In this document: positions 29,202-38,547 of the stretch, piece by piece
Layout of the letters: every line of letters begins with the position of its first letter
Position numbering within the stretch: the first letter of the stretch is position 1
Source: Candidatus Azotimanducaceae bacterium
Lineage (GTDB): Bacteria > Pseudomonadota > Gammaproteobacteria > Pseudomonadales > Azotimanducaceae
Length of the DNA stretch: 64,000 nucleotides
Reading direction: 5' to 3'
Assembly (NCBI GenBank): GCA_965243095.1
Contig: OZ251530.1
Coordinates: forward strand, 1,480,415-1,544,414
The notes under the pieces: generated by a model
The model's database searches: none
What the model was told of the DNA's origin: nothing
What the model saw: only the letters and a program-made list of their open reading frames with translations
Translations under genes and position numbers: made by a program

Positions 29202-30116
29202 TTAGCAGTCGTAGTGACCAAGGGCAAAATCGTCGGCGTAGCGGTGGCGCAACAGGGCTTTGTTGCGGTCGGTGAGGCTCGCGTTCGCCGCCGTCCTGGC
29301 TTGGGCGAGCGCTTCCGGCGCGGGTTGCCAACCGGCCATCGTGTTCAGCGTTGGCATGACCGGCTTCGGCATGCCCAAGCGTTCGGCTACGGCGGAGAGG
29401 TCCGCGTCCAAGTGCTCGAAGCGGCCGATGAAGTTCGGGGCGCGGTCGCCGGTGATGCGCGTGTGGGCGTGTTGCGAGAGGAAGTGGCGGTCGGCGAACG
29501 CGTCGGCGGCGAGGAACGTGTTGAGCCAGTCGCAGTAGTCGTCGAAGTTGCGCACCTTGCCCAAGCCGTAGTGGCGATGGATCATGCGGCGACGCTTCTC
29601 GTCCTTGCGCTCCGGGCGGGCGGCCACGGCCGCGGGCCGCATGAGGCGGAACGATTGTCCCGCCACCGGATCGAAGAAGCGGGAGGCCGTTTGGTCCTCG
29701 TGCGCGTGGTAGCCCTTCGCGTAGATCTCCCGCGAGAGGAAGAGCTCCTGATACAGGGAAAGCGCCCTTGTGAACGGATGGCGGACGAAGGAGAAAACGA
29801 AGTAGCGCGCGATCTCTGGGCGTGCCGTGAACAGCTCGTCAATGCTAAGGTTGCAGATCTCGATGTCCGGGTCCACGTTCGACAACGCAACTGTCAGGCT
29901 GTGCGACGCCACCTTGGGAATGCAAATGCACACGAAGTTGTACTTGCGCGACACCACCTTCTCGTTGCCGCGATCCGGCTGGCAACCGGCCGTGCGCAGC
30001 ATGCCCAGCGCATCGGCGAACGCGCCGTGCGCCAAGGCGCGGCCGATCAGTCGCCTCGCTTGCGGATGCGCGGGCAGGGCTGCCAAGGCCCTCCGCAGGC
30101 CCTTCATGCTGGTCAT
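29202..30116 (-). CDS. sulfotransferase family 2 protein
   Basis: PAPS-binding-type motifs IPKVASHSL and FSFVRHPFTRALSLY, plus RHFLSQ and IGRFEHLDADL, as in the Sulfotransfer_2 family (PF03567). The start was taken at ATG 30116. Confidence 0.7.
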   Translation of the reverse strand: MTSMKGLRRALAALPAHPQARRLIGRALAHGAFADALGMLRTAGCQPDRGNEKVVSRKYNFVCICIPKVASHSLTVALSNVDPDIEICNLSIDELFTARPEIARYFVFSFVRHPFTRALSLYQELFLSREIYAKGYHAHEDQTASRFFDPVAGQSFRLMRPAAVAARPERKDEKRRRMIHRHYGLGKVRNFDDYCDWLNTFLAADAFADRHFLSQHAHTRITGDRAPNFIGRFEHLDADLSAVAERLGMPKPVMPTLNTMAGWQPAPEALAQARTAANASLTDRNKALLRHRYADDFALGHYDC

Positions 30117-30200
30117 CGTGCGGCGATGGTAGATGATCCGCGGCCACTCGACGCCGCCGGGCGCATGGAACTTTCCACGCATTGCGTTGTACCAAGCGTA

Positions 30201-31517
30201 ATGGCGCTTTCGTTCCCAAAGAGGCTGTGCAGCATCGCCGCGGCGTTGCTCGTCGCTGCCAGCGCCGCGGCCAACCCCGCGCCACTGACCCTGGCCGAAG
30301 CCGAGCGCATGGCGCTCTGCGCGGAGCCGGGCGTGCTGGCGTTGCGTGAAGAGGCGGCGGCGTTTGACGAACTCGCCGTCGCCGCCGGCGCCCTGCCGGA
30401 CCCGCAGATCCGCATCGGCGCGGCGAATCTGCCTATCGAAGGTGGCGGCTTCCGCACCGAAGGCATGACGCAAGCGCAGCTAGGCTTGCGCCAAGCGCTG
30501 CCTCCCAGCGGTTCCCGCGCCGCCGCAACGCGGCGGGAACGCACCCGCGCCGAACAACGCCGAGCGCAGGCCGAGGAACGCGCCCGCAGCGTGCTGCTGG
30601 GCACGCGGAACGCTTGGCTGGATCGGTTTCTCGCCTCGCGCAGCCGCCAACTGGTGCTGGACGCCAACCCATTGTTCGCGGATCTGGTGGCCATCACGCG
30701 CTCGCTCTACACGGTGGGCGACGCCAACCAACAAGATCTGCTGCGCGCCGAACTGGAGAGCAGCCAACTGCAAGCCCGCCTCGTCGCCATCGAACAACAA
30801 GACGCGGAAGCCGGTGCCGCTTTGCGCCGCTGGATTGGCGACGCCGCCGAGCGCGAAGTGGCCGCGCTGTCCACTTGGCGGCCGCCGCCGTCGATGGAGG
30901 AACTCACCGCGTTGGTGGCGGAGCATCCGCTGCTTGCCGCGGCCGACGCCGGCGCCACGGCCGCCGACGCCGCGGTGGCGCTGGCGCGCGCCAGCTACCG
31001 CCCGCGCTGGACGTTGGACGCGGCCTACGCCTACCGCGACGGCGGCTTGCCGGACAGTTCCCCGCGCCCGGATTTCCTCAGCGTGTCGGCCACGTTGAGT
31101 GTGCCCCTGTTCCAAGCCAACCGCCAGGATCGCACGCTGCGCGCCGCCGAAAGCCGGCACCGCGCCGCGCTCGCGTTGCGCGACGACGCGTGGCGTAATC
31201 TACGCGCGGAACTGCTGCGCGAACACGGCCGCTGGGTGGATGTGGGCCGCCGCTTGCAGGTGTATCGCGACGCGGTGCTCGGCCAATCGCACGCCAACGC
31301 CGAGGCGGCGCTCGCGGCCTACCGCAGCGAAACCGGAGACTTCGCGGAAGTGATGCGCGGCTACATCAACGATTTGGAAGTGCAACTCGCGCACTTGTCG
31401 CTGCGCGTGGATCGCCGCCGCAGCCACGCACGGCTGGCGTATCTGGGCGGCTTCGAGTTGACCGACGTCGGCGTTTCCGCCAACGCCGGCAACCAAGAGG
31501 CGTGTACCCCGCCATGA
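30201..31517 (+). CDS. TolC/CusC-family outer membrane efflux protein
   Basis: ATG 30201 with signal peptide MALSFPKRLCSIAAALLVAASAAA. Two OEP-type repeats (LTLAEAERMAL..., ..EHPLLAAADAGATAADAAVALARASYRP) are present. It lies first in an RND efflux operon. Confidence 0.8.
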   Translation: MALSFPKRLCSIAAALLVAASAAANPAPLTLAEAERMALCAEPGVLALREEAAAFDELAVAAGALPDPQIRIGAANLPIEGGGFRTEGMTQAQLGLRQALPPSGSRAAATRRERTRAEQRRAQAEERARSVLLGTRNAWLDRFLASRSRQLVLDANPLFADLVAITRSLYTVGDANQQDLLRAELESSQLQARLVAIEQQDAEAGAALRRWIGDAAEREVAALSTWRPPPSMEELTALVAEHPLLAAADAGATAADAAVALARASYRPRWTLDAAYAYRDGGLPDSSPRPDFLSVSATLSVPLFQANRQDRTLRAAESRHRAALALRDDAWRNLRAELLREHGRWVDVGRRLQVYRDAVLGQSHANAEAALAAYRSETGDFAEVMRGYINDLEVQLAHLSLRVDRRRSHARLAYLGGFELTDVGVSANAGNQEACTPP

Positions 31518-32800
31518 AGCGCCAAGCGTTGTTGCTGGGCGTTGTCGCCGCGGCGGCCGTGCTGGCCGCCGGCATCGGCATCGGCCGTTGGCTTGCCCCC
31601 GCCGCCGACGCGCCCGCCGCCGATGGAGCCGACGCGGAACAGGAGCGCGAAATCCTCTACTGGGTTGCGCCCATGGACAAGAACTATCGCCGCGACAAAC
31701 CCGGCAAGTCGCCCATGGGCATGGATCTGGTGCCGGTGTACGCCGATGAAGCGGCGCCCGAGGATGCCGATGCGGAAGGCGTGGTCGTCATCGACCCGGC
31801 GGTGGTACACAACCTCGGCGTACGCTCGGCGGCGGCCGTGCGCGGCGTCCTGCCGCGGCGCATCGACGCCGTGGGTTACGTCGAGTACGACGAGAACACC
31901 ATGCACCACATCCACACCCGCGTGGAGGGTTGGATCGAGTCGCTGGGTGTGCAGGCCGCGGGCGATCCCGTCACCAAGGGGCAGACGCTGTTCGAGATCT
32001 ACTCCCCGGCGTTGGTGAACGCGCAACGCGAATTCCTCGCCGCCCGCGCCCGCGGCGGCGAAGCGCTGCGCCGGGCGTCCGCGGAACGCCTTGTGGCACT
32101 GGGCATGGCGGCCGCGGAAATCGACGAACTGGCCAAAACCGGCAAGCCGCGCCAGCGCGTGCGGGTGCCGGCGCCGGCGGACGGCGTGGCGACGCATCTC
32201 GGCGTGCGCGAAGGCATCCACGTGACGCCGGCCACGCATGTGCTCTCGGTGGCGGACTTGACCCGCGTATGGATTCTCGCGGAAGTCTTCGACCGGCAGG
32301 CCGCGTGGGTGGCCCCGGGCCAGCGCGCCGAAGTGGAGCTGGAGCACCTGCCCGGCGAAACCTGGGAAGGCCGCGTGGACTACGTGTACCCGGAACTCGA
32401 TCCGCACACGCGCACGCTGAAGGTGCGCATCGGCTTCGCCAACACCGGCCGAGCGCTGCGCCCCAACATGTTCGCCCGCGTCGCCCTGTTCAGCGACGAC
32501 GACGAGCCGGTGGTTCACATCCCCCGCGAGGCGCTGATCCGCGGCGGCGACTTCGACCGCGTGGTTCGCGATCTCGGCGCCGGCCGCTTCCGCGCCGTGC
32601 CGGTGGTGGCCGGCGTCGAAGCCGGCGAGCGCGTGGAAGTGCGCGAAGGATTGCAGGCGGGCCAGCGCGTGGTCACCTCCGGCCAGTTCCTCATCGACTC
32701 GGAATCGAACTTGACCACGGCGCTGGCCCGTTCGGAGAGCGCCGAGGAAGCCGAGGAGTCCGCGCCGGCGGCGCACGGCGAACATCACCACCACCACTGA
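31514..32800 (+). CDS. efflux RND periplasmic adaptor subunit (CusB-like) with C-terminal His-rich tail
   Basis: ATGA overlap with the upstream stop. ILYWVAPMDKNYRRDKPGKSPMGMDLVPVY matches the CusB-type N-terminal metal-binding region. The barrel-sandwich/beta-barrel segments are visible. The protein ends AAHGEHHHHH. Confidence 0.85.
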   Translation: MKRQALLLGVVAAAAVLAAGIGIGRWLAPAADAPAADGADAEQEREILYWVAPMDKNYRRDKPGKSPMGMDLVPVYADEAAPEDADAEGVVVIDPAVVHNLGVRSAAAVRGVLPRRIDAVGYVEYDENTMHHIHTRVEGWIESLGVQAAGDPVTKGQTLFEIYSPALVNAQREFLAARARGGEALRRASAERLVALGMAAAEIDELAKTGKPRQRVRVPAPADGVATHLGVREGIHVTPATHVLSVADLTRVWILAEVFDRQAAWVAPGQRAEVELEHLPGETWEGRVDYVYPELDPHTRTLKVRIGFANTGRALRPNMFARVALFSDDDEPVVHIPREALIRGGDFDRVVRDLGAGRFRAVPVVAGVEAGERVEVREGLQAGQRVVTSGQFLIDSESNLTTALARSESAEEAEESAPAAHGEHHHHH

Positions 32801-32829
32801 GCGCGATCGCGGCGCCGCTGCACACTGAC

Positions 32830-35800
32830 ATGATCGCCGCCGTTGTTCGCTGGGCCATCGCCAATCGCCTGCTGGTGCTGGTGGGCGCCGTGTTGCTGAG
32901 CGTGTGGGGGGTGCGGTCGCTGTTGTCCACGCCGCTGGACGCGCTGCCGGATCTCTCCGATGTGCAGGTGATCGTGAAGACCACCTACCCCGGCCAAGCG
33001 CCGCGGCTGGTGGAGGATCAGGTCACCTATCCCATCGCCACGGCCATGCTGGCGGTGCCCGGCGCGGTGGCGGTGCGCGGTTATTCGTTCTTCGGCGATT
33101 CGTTCGTCTACGTGCTGTTCGACGACGCCACGGATCTGTATTGGGCGCGTTCGCGGGTGCTGGAGTATCTGAACCAGGTGGCGGCGCGGCTGCCGCCGGG
33201 GGTGCAGCCGGCGTTGGGGCCGGACGCCAGCGGCGTCGGCTGGGTGTTCGAGTACGCGCTGGTGGATCGCACCGGAACGCACGATCTGGCGCAGTTGCGC
33301 TCGTTGCAGGATTGGTTTCTGCGCTATGAACTGCAGGCGGTGCCGGGCGTCGCGGAGATCGCCACGGTGGGGGGCATGGTGCGGCAATACCAGGTGGTGG
33401 TGGACCCGGATCGGCTGAGCGCCTTCGGCCTGACGCTGGCGCAAGTGCGGCGCGCCATCGAACGCGGCAACCAGGAGGCCGGCGCTTCCGTGATCGAGAT
33501 CGCCGAAGCGGAATACATGGTGCGCACCACCGGCTATCTGCAAGGCTTGGACGACTTGGCGGCGGTGCCGCTGGGCGTCCACGAGGGCGGCGTGCCGATT
33601 CTGCTCTCCGACGTCGCCCGCCTGCGCGTGGGCCCGCAGATGCGGCGCGGCGTGGCGGATCTCGACGGCGAGGGCGAAGTGGTGGGCGGCATCGTGGTGA
33701 TGCGCAGCGGCGAAAACGCGCTGGCCACCATCGACGGCGTGAAGCAGCGGCTTACCGAACTCAAGAGCGGGCTGCCGGAGGGCGTGGAGGTGGTCACCGT
33801 GTACGACCGCTCGCAGCTCATCGAGCGGGCGGTGGACACGCTGCGCGACACGCTGACCGAGGAGCTGGCCATCGTCGCGCTGGTGTGCGCGGTGTTCCTG
33901 TTCCACCTGCGCTCGGCGCTAGTGGTGGTGCTGAGCCTGCCGGTGGCGGTGCTGGGCGCGTTCGTGGTCATGCGGGCGCAGGGCATCAACGCCAACATCA
34001 TGTCCCTGGGCGGCATCGCCATCGCCATCGGCGCGATGGTGGACGGCGCCATCGTGATGGTGGAGAACGGCCATCGGCGGCTGCGCGAGGCGGGCGCCCG
34101 CACGAGCGCGGAGCGCTGGCGCGTTGTCGGCGAGGCGGCGGGAGAGGTGGGCGCGCCGATCTTCTTCTCGCTGCTGATCATCACGCTGAGCTTTCTGCCG
34201 GTGTTCGCGCTGCAGGCGCAGGAGGGGCGGTTGTTCTCGCCGCTCGCGTTCACCAAAACCTACGCGATGGCCGCCGCGGCGATGCTCTCCATCACGCTGG
34301 TGCCGGTGCTGATGGGCTACTGCGTCCGCTCCCGCGCCGCCAAGCGCAACCCGGTGGAGCGGGCGTTGACCGCCGCCTACCAGCCGGCGCTCTCGCTGGT
34401 GTTGCGCCACCCGTGGTGGGTGCTGGGTGGCGCGGCGCTGCTGGTGACGGCCGGCGTCTGGCCGGCGCAGCGCCTCGGTTCGGAGTTCATGCCGCCGCTC
34501 AACGAGGGCGATTTGATGTACATGCCCACCACCTATCCGGGCATCTCCATCGACAAGGCGCGGGAGCTGCTGCAGCAAACGGACAAGCTCATCCGCACCG
34601 TGCCGGAAGTGCAGCGCGTGTTCGGCAAGATCGGCCGCGCCGAAACCGCCACGGACCCGGCGCCGCTGACGATGATCGAGACGATGATCCAATTGCGGCC
34701 GCAGGAGCAGTGGCGCCCGGGCGTCACGCTGGACGATTTGCGTGCCGAGCTGGACCGCAAGGTGCGCGTGCCCGGCCTCAACAACACGTGGACGATGCCC
34801 ATCAAGACGCGCACGGACATGCTGGCCACCGGCATCAAAACGCCGGTGGGCGTGAAGGTCACCGGCGCGGATCTGGCGGTGATCGAGCGCGTCGGCGAGG
34901 ACATCGCCGCGGTGCTGCGCGAACTGCCCGGCACTGCCTCCGTGCATGTCGAGCGGGTGGCCAGCGGCCGCTATGTGGAAGTGGACATCGACCGGCGGCG
35001 GGCGGCGCGCCACGGCCTCAACATCGCCGATGTGCAGGACATCGTGCGCACCGCGGTGGGCGGCGTGAACGTGACGCGCACCGTGGAGGGCTTGGAGCGC
35101 TATCCGGTGAACGTGCGCTATCCGCAGCGCGTGCGCGATTCGGTGGAGCGGCTGAAGCTGCTGCCGGTGATCACGCCGGCCGGCGCCCGCATCGCGCTGG
35201 CGGACGTGGCGGAGGTGCGCGTCACCGAAGGCCCGCCGATGATCAAGAGCGAGAACGGGCGCCCCACCGGGTGGCTGTTCGTGGATCTGGACGATGCGGA
35301 CATCGGCGGCTACGTGGCAGCGGCGCAGCAAGCGGTTGCGGAGGGGGTGAACTTGCCGGCCGGCTACGCCATCCGCTGGGCCGGGCAGTACGAATACCTG
35401 CTGCGCGCCCAAGAACGGCTGGCGCTGGTGGCGCCGCTGACGCTGCTGGTGATCGTGCTGCTGCTCTACTTCGCGTTGCGCCAAGCGGCTTCGGTGGTGA
35501 TCGTGTTGGTTTCGCTGCCGCTCGCCTTGGTGGGCGGGGCGTGGACGCTGTATCTCTTGGAGTATCAACTATCCGTGGCCGTTGGCGTGGGCTTCATCGC
35601 CTTGGCCGGCGTCGCAGTGGAACTCGGCGTGGTGATGGTGAGCTACCTGAACTTGGCGTTGCGCGACCGGCTCGCGCAGGCGAAGCGCGAAGGGCGGAGC
35701 GCGACCGCGGAAGACGTGTACCAAGCCGTGCTGGAGGGCGCCGGCCGCCGCATCCGCCCCATCGCCATGACCGCGGCCACGCTGGTGGCGGGCCTCGCGC

Positions 35801-35967
35801 CCATCATGCTCGGCGACGGCGCCGGGGCCGAAGTGATGCGGCGCATCGCCGCCCCGATGTTCGGCGGCGTCGTCGGCGTCGCCGTGCTGGCGCTCGCGGT
35901 GGTGCCGGCGCTGTTCCTCCTGTGGCATCGGAAGCGGGCCGTGGCCGCCCCATCAGCGGCGGCGTGA
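32830..35967 (+). CDS. CusA/CzcA-family heavy-metal efflux RND transporter
   Basis: 1045 aa from MIAAVVRWAIANRLLVLVG. HME-RND features run throughout (FGDSFVYVLFDD, GGIAIAIGAMVDGAIVMVEN, AGVAVELGVVMVSY). Confidence 0.95.
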   Translation: MIAAVVRWAIANRLLVLVGAVLLSVWGVRSLLSTPLDALPDLSDVQVIVKTTYPGQAPRLVEDQVTYPIATAMLAVPGAVAVRGYSFFGDSFVYVLFDDATDLYWARSRVLEYLNQVAARLPPGVQPALGPDASGVGWVFEYALVDRTGTHDLAQLRSLQDWFLRYELQAVPGVAEIATVGGMVRQYQVVVDPDRLSAFGLTLAQVRRAIERGNQEAGASVIEIAEAEYMVRTTGYLQGLDDLAAVPLGVHEGGVPILLSDVARLRVGPQMRRGVADLDGEGEVVGGIVVMRSGENALATIDGVKQRLTELKSGLPEGVEVVTVYDRSQLIERAVDTLRDTLTEELAIVALVCAVFLFHLRSALVVVLSLPVAVLGAFVVMRAQGINANIMSLGGIAIAIGAMVDGAIVMVENGHRRLREAGARTSAERWRVVGEAAGEVGAPIFFSLLIITLSFLPVFALQAQEGRLFSPLAFTKTYAMAAAAMLSITLVPVLMGYCVRSRAAKRNPVERALTAAYQPALSLVLRHPWWVLGGAALLVTAGVWPAQRLGSEFMPPLNEGDLMYMPTTYPGISIDKARELLQQTDKLIRTVPEVQRVFGKIGRAETATDPAPLTMIETMIQLRPQEQWRPGVTLDDLRAELDRKVRVPGLNNTWTMPIKTRTDMLATGIKTPVGVKVTGADLAVIERVGEDIAAVLRELPGTASVHVERVASGRYVEVDIDRRRAARHGLNIADVQDIVRTAVGGVNVTRTVEGLERYPVNVRYPQRVRDSVERLKLLPVITPAGARIALADVAEVRVTEGPPMIKSENGRPTGWLFVDLDDADIGGYVAAAQQAVAEGVNLPAGYAIRWAGQYEYLLRAQERLALVAPLTLLVIVLLLYFALRQAASVVIVLVSLPLALVGGAWTLYLLEYQLSVAVGVGFIALAGVAVELGVVMVSYLNLALRDRLAQAKREGRSATAEDVYQAVLEGAGRRIRPIAMTAATLVAGLAPIMLGDGAGAEVMRRIAAPMFGGVVGVAVLALAVVPALFLLWHRKRAVAAPSAAA

Positions 35968-35975
35968 GGGCTCAT

Positions 35976-36054
35976 CCTGGGAGCGCGGGCGTCTCGCCCG
36001 CACAAGGTGAATACCCGTGGACAAAATTGCGGGCGAGACGCCCGCGCTCCCAGG
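35976..36054. repeat. perfect 26-bp inverted repeat pair (REP/BIME-like; probable cusA terminator hairpin)
   Basis: CCTGGGAGCGCGGGCGTCTCGCCCGC (35976-36001) and its exact reverse complement (36029-36054) are separated by 27 nt. Each arm contains an internal palindrome GCGGGCG-N3-CGCCCGC. A related pair occurs at 60186-60264. Confidence 0.6.
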
Positions 36055-36169
36055 GTCGCTGCCGCCACCAAATGTCCCACACCCATTGGCGAGAAAGCGG
36101 TTGCAAAACGGCAGACGAGTACGGTAGCGTGCGATCCATCGTTGCAGGCCAAAACGCACGGAGGTTTCC

Positions 36170-36550
36170 ATGTCACGATTGGTCGTTCGCACCGCGATTC
36201 TCGCCGCCGGCATCGCCGGCTGCGTAGCGCTCGCAACCCTGCCAGCCGCGGCATCCGGCACCGTGGGCACCGGCGGCAGCAAGGCCGGCGGCCGCGGCGA
36301 GTACACCATGGGCAAGGTGATCACCCACAGCACCGCGGTTTGCCCCGGCTGCGCCATCGAGCGCAGCGCGTTCGACAAGCCGCGGGCGGCAACGCTGAGC
36401 GCCAACATTCGCGCCGCCCTGGACGGGAAGCAGCCCACGGATGCCGTGCGCTCGCTCTGCGAAGGCGGCGACCGCGCCGAGTGCCCCGAGCGCCTGCGGC
36501 TGGTGCGGGTTTATCTTGACCGCCGCTTTCAGCTGGGAGAGCAACCATGA
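36170..36550 (+). CDS. small secreted Cys-containing protein (unknown function)
   Basis: The signal peptide is MSRLVVRTAILAAGIAGCVALATLPAAA. The mature part has four Cys (CPGC...C...C). ATGA overlap with the downstream barrel gene. Confidence 0.5.
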   Translation: MSRLVVRTAILAAGIAGCVALATLPAAASGTVGTGGSKAGGRGEYTMGKVITHSTAVCPGCAIERSAFDKPRAATLSANIRAALDGKQPTDAVRSLCEGGDRAECPERLRLVRVYLDRRFQLGEQP

Positions 36551-37431
36551 ACGCAATCGCACGCACCACGCTGGCGACGTTGATCGCCCTGCCTTGCTGC
36601 CTCGCGCCGGCCACGGCGTCCGCGGCCGGCTCGCCGTGGCTGTCGGAGCCGCAAACCGGCAATCTGAGCGTCGTCTACCTGCGCCAAGCGGCGGACGAAA
36701 AGTGGACCGGCAGCGGCGGCACCCAGAAAGGGCCGATGCCCGGCGGCGAACTCACCCAAGGCACGCTCTGGTTCCTCGGCGACTACGCGCTGCGCGACAA
36801 TCTCGCCGTCGACTGGCAAGTGGGCTGGGCGAACAGCGAACTCGCCGCCGACAGCGACAGCGGCTTTGCCGACGCCAACTTCGGCGTCACTTGGCGGCTC
36901 GCGGACGAGCTGGTCGGCCAGCCGTTGAGCGTGGCCGTGCGCGGCGGCGCGATCCTCGCCGGCAACTACGACACGGGTACGGCGCTGCCCACCACCAGCG
37001 GTGCGCCGCCGGGCATCTACGCCCTTGGCGACGGCGCAAGCGGCGTCGAAGCGTCGCTGCTGCTCGGCCGGGTCTTCGCCGATCGGCTAGGCGTGTCCGG
37101 CGAGTTCGGCTACCGCCACCGCAGCGACATTCCCGCCAACACCTTCTACAACGTCTCGGCGTGGCTGCAAGTACACGAACGGGTGACGCTGGCGGTGGAC
37201 TATCAGCGGGTGAATACGGATGGCGACTTGGACATCGGCGTGCCGCCGTTCCATCCCGATCGCTTCCCGGAAGTGGCGGAGGAAACCACGGTTCTGGGCG
37301 CCCGGGCCACGATCGGGCTCACGGACGCCCTCAGCGCCACGGTGTTCTACGGCGACACCATCGACGGCCGCAACGCCTCGGCGTCCAAGATCTTCGGCAT
37401 CGCCGTGGGCTACGCCTTCACGCGGTTCTAG
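36547..37431 (+). CDS. outer-membrane beta-barrel protein (unknown family)
   Basis: The signal peptide is MNAIARTTLATLIALPCCLAPATASA. The sequence has alternating-strand character and a terminal aromatic (YAFTRF). Confidence 0.6.
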   Translation: MNAIARTTLATLIALPCCLAPATASAAGSPWLSEPQTGNLSVVYLRQAADEKWTGSGGTQKGPMPGGELTQGTLWFLGDYALRDNLAVDWQVGWANSELAADSDSGFADANFGVTWRLADELVGQPLSVAVRGGAILAGNYDTGTALPTTSGAPPGIYALGDGASGVEASLLLGRVFADRLGVSGEFGYRHRSDIPANTFYNVSAWLQVHERVTLAVDYQRVNTDGDLDIGVPPFHPDRFPEVAEETTVLGARATIGLTDALSATVFYGDTIDGRNASASKIFGIAVGYAFTRF

Positions 37432-37457
37432 CCGCCCGGGCCAGCGGTCGTTTGCGG

Positions 37458-38291
37458 CTAGGGCGCGTTCAGCGCCCAGTCGTAGGCGAACGCCATGTCG
37501 CCGTCGAAGCGCCGCAAGCGTTCCGCGAGCGGTTCCTCGGCGTATTCCAGAAGGTGCGCCAGCACGCCCGCTTCGCTGTCGCCGAAGTCCTCTTGGAACC
37601 AGTCGTAGATGCTGGACACCGTGACATCCTCGCCGTCGAAGGCCACGCCCCGCGGATGGTTGACGTAGGCGCGCGCGCCGGCCGCCATCAGCTCGGACGC
37701 GTTGGCCGCGGTGAACGCCGTCGCCATCAGATTCGGGCAGCCGTAGCTGGCGCAGTTGACGGCGTAGTGAATGCGGCTGTCGCCCCAGATGGGCCGCAGG
37801 ATGTCGTGCTCGATGTTGTGCAGCGTCAGCGCCTGGCCCGCCACCGTGGCGTTCTCGTCCTTCCACGGCCCGGGCAGCAGCCAACTCTCGCCGATGTCGC
37901 GGATGGACGCGATCGGAAAAGCGGCGGCCACCAGCCGCACCGTGAGCGCGTTGTAGAAGTTGATCCAGTAGGCCAGCTGCTCGGCGCGGGCGTAGCGGCG
38001 CGGATCCACCGCCTGCAAGGCATCGAGATAGCCCGCTAGCCGCGCCGTGTCCTCGGCGCTCGCCTTGAGCGCGGCGTAGTCGAAGCGGGCCACGCCGGAG
38101 GGGTGGTCGGTGCGCAAGTACGCCGTCAAGAGCGCCTGCCAGGGCGCGTGGTCGATGGCGGCTGGATTGGCGTCGTCGTGTTCGCTCCAGAAAGCGGTCA
38201 CCTCGGCATCGGCCCCGGCGACCGCGGCCGCCGCAATGCCGATGGCGGCCGCCGCCCGGCGACCGATGCGTAGCAAGTTCCTGAATCCCAT
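37458..38291 (-). CDS. DUF547 domain-containing protein
   Basis: YWINFYNALTVRLV and IHYAVNCASYGCPNL are hallmark DUF547 motifs. Start at ATG 38291 (MGFRNLLRIG) followed by a signal-like segment. Confidence 0.8.
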   Translation of the reverse strand: MGFRNLLRIGRRAAAAIGIAAAAVAGADAEVTAFWSEHDDANPAAIDHAPWQALLTAYLRTDHPSGVARFDYAALKASAEDTARLAGYLDALQAVDPRRYARAEQLAYWINFYNALTVRLVAAAFPIASIRDIGESWLLPGPWKDENATVAGQALTLHNIEHDILRPIWGDSRIHYAVNCASYGCPNLMATAFTAANASELMAAGARAYVNHPRGVAFDGEDVTVSSIYDWFQEDFGDSEAGVLAHLLEYAEEPLAERLRRFDGDMAFAYDWALNAP

Positions 38292-38414
38292 CTCCGTCCT
38301 CCGCTTGCCGCCTGTGCCCCGGCGCAGGGCGGGCTTACGATTGGCGGCAGCATACTGCCGGCGACACCGGATTGCATCGCCGGCGACGAAGCCCTGCACA
38401 TAGGAAATTCGCTA

Positions 38415-38443
38415 TTGTCGCGTTGCCGCCGCAGGGTTAGAAT
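38415..38443 (+). promoter_or_regulatory. candidate sigma70 promoter for infC-rpmI-rplT
   Basis: TTGTCG (38415-38420), 17 nt, then TAGAAT (38438-38443). A ~100-nt leader with two short hairpins follows. Pattern match only. Confidence 0.35.
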
Positions 38444-38547
38444 CCGCGCTGTTTTCGGGCTGCTGCGGGCAGCCGAGACGTGGCGGCGCGATGGTGCGCC
38501 GGGTTAAGAGATGATGGCGCGACGATCGCGCCGAGGCTGCAAGGAGA

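Noticed and set aside
33919-35568. Long antisense and off-frame ORFs over cusA and cusB (33919..35568, 32785..33906, 31361..32797, 33885..36227).
   Set aside because: All overlap the conserved RND transporter and adaptor frames and look like translated GC-rich noise (runs of R, H, G, A, P).
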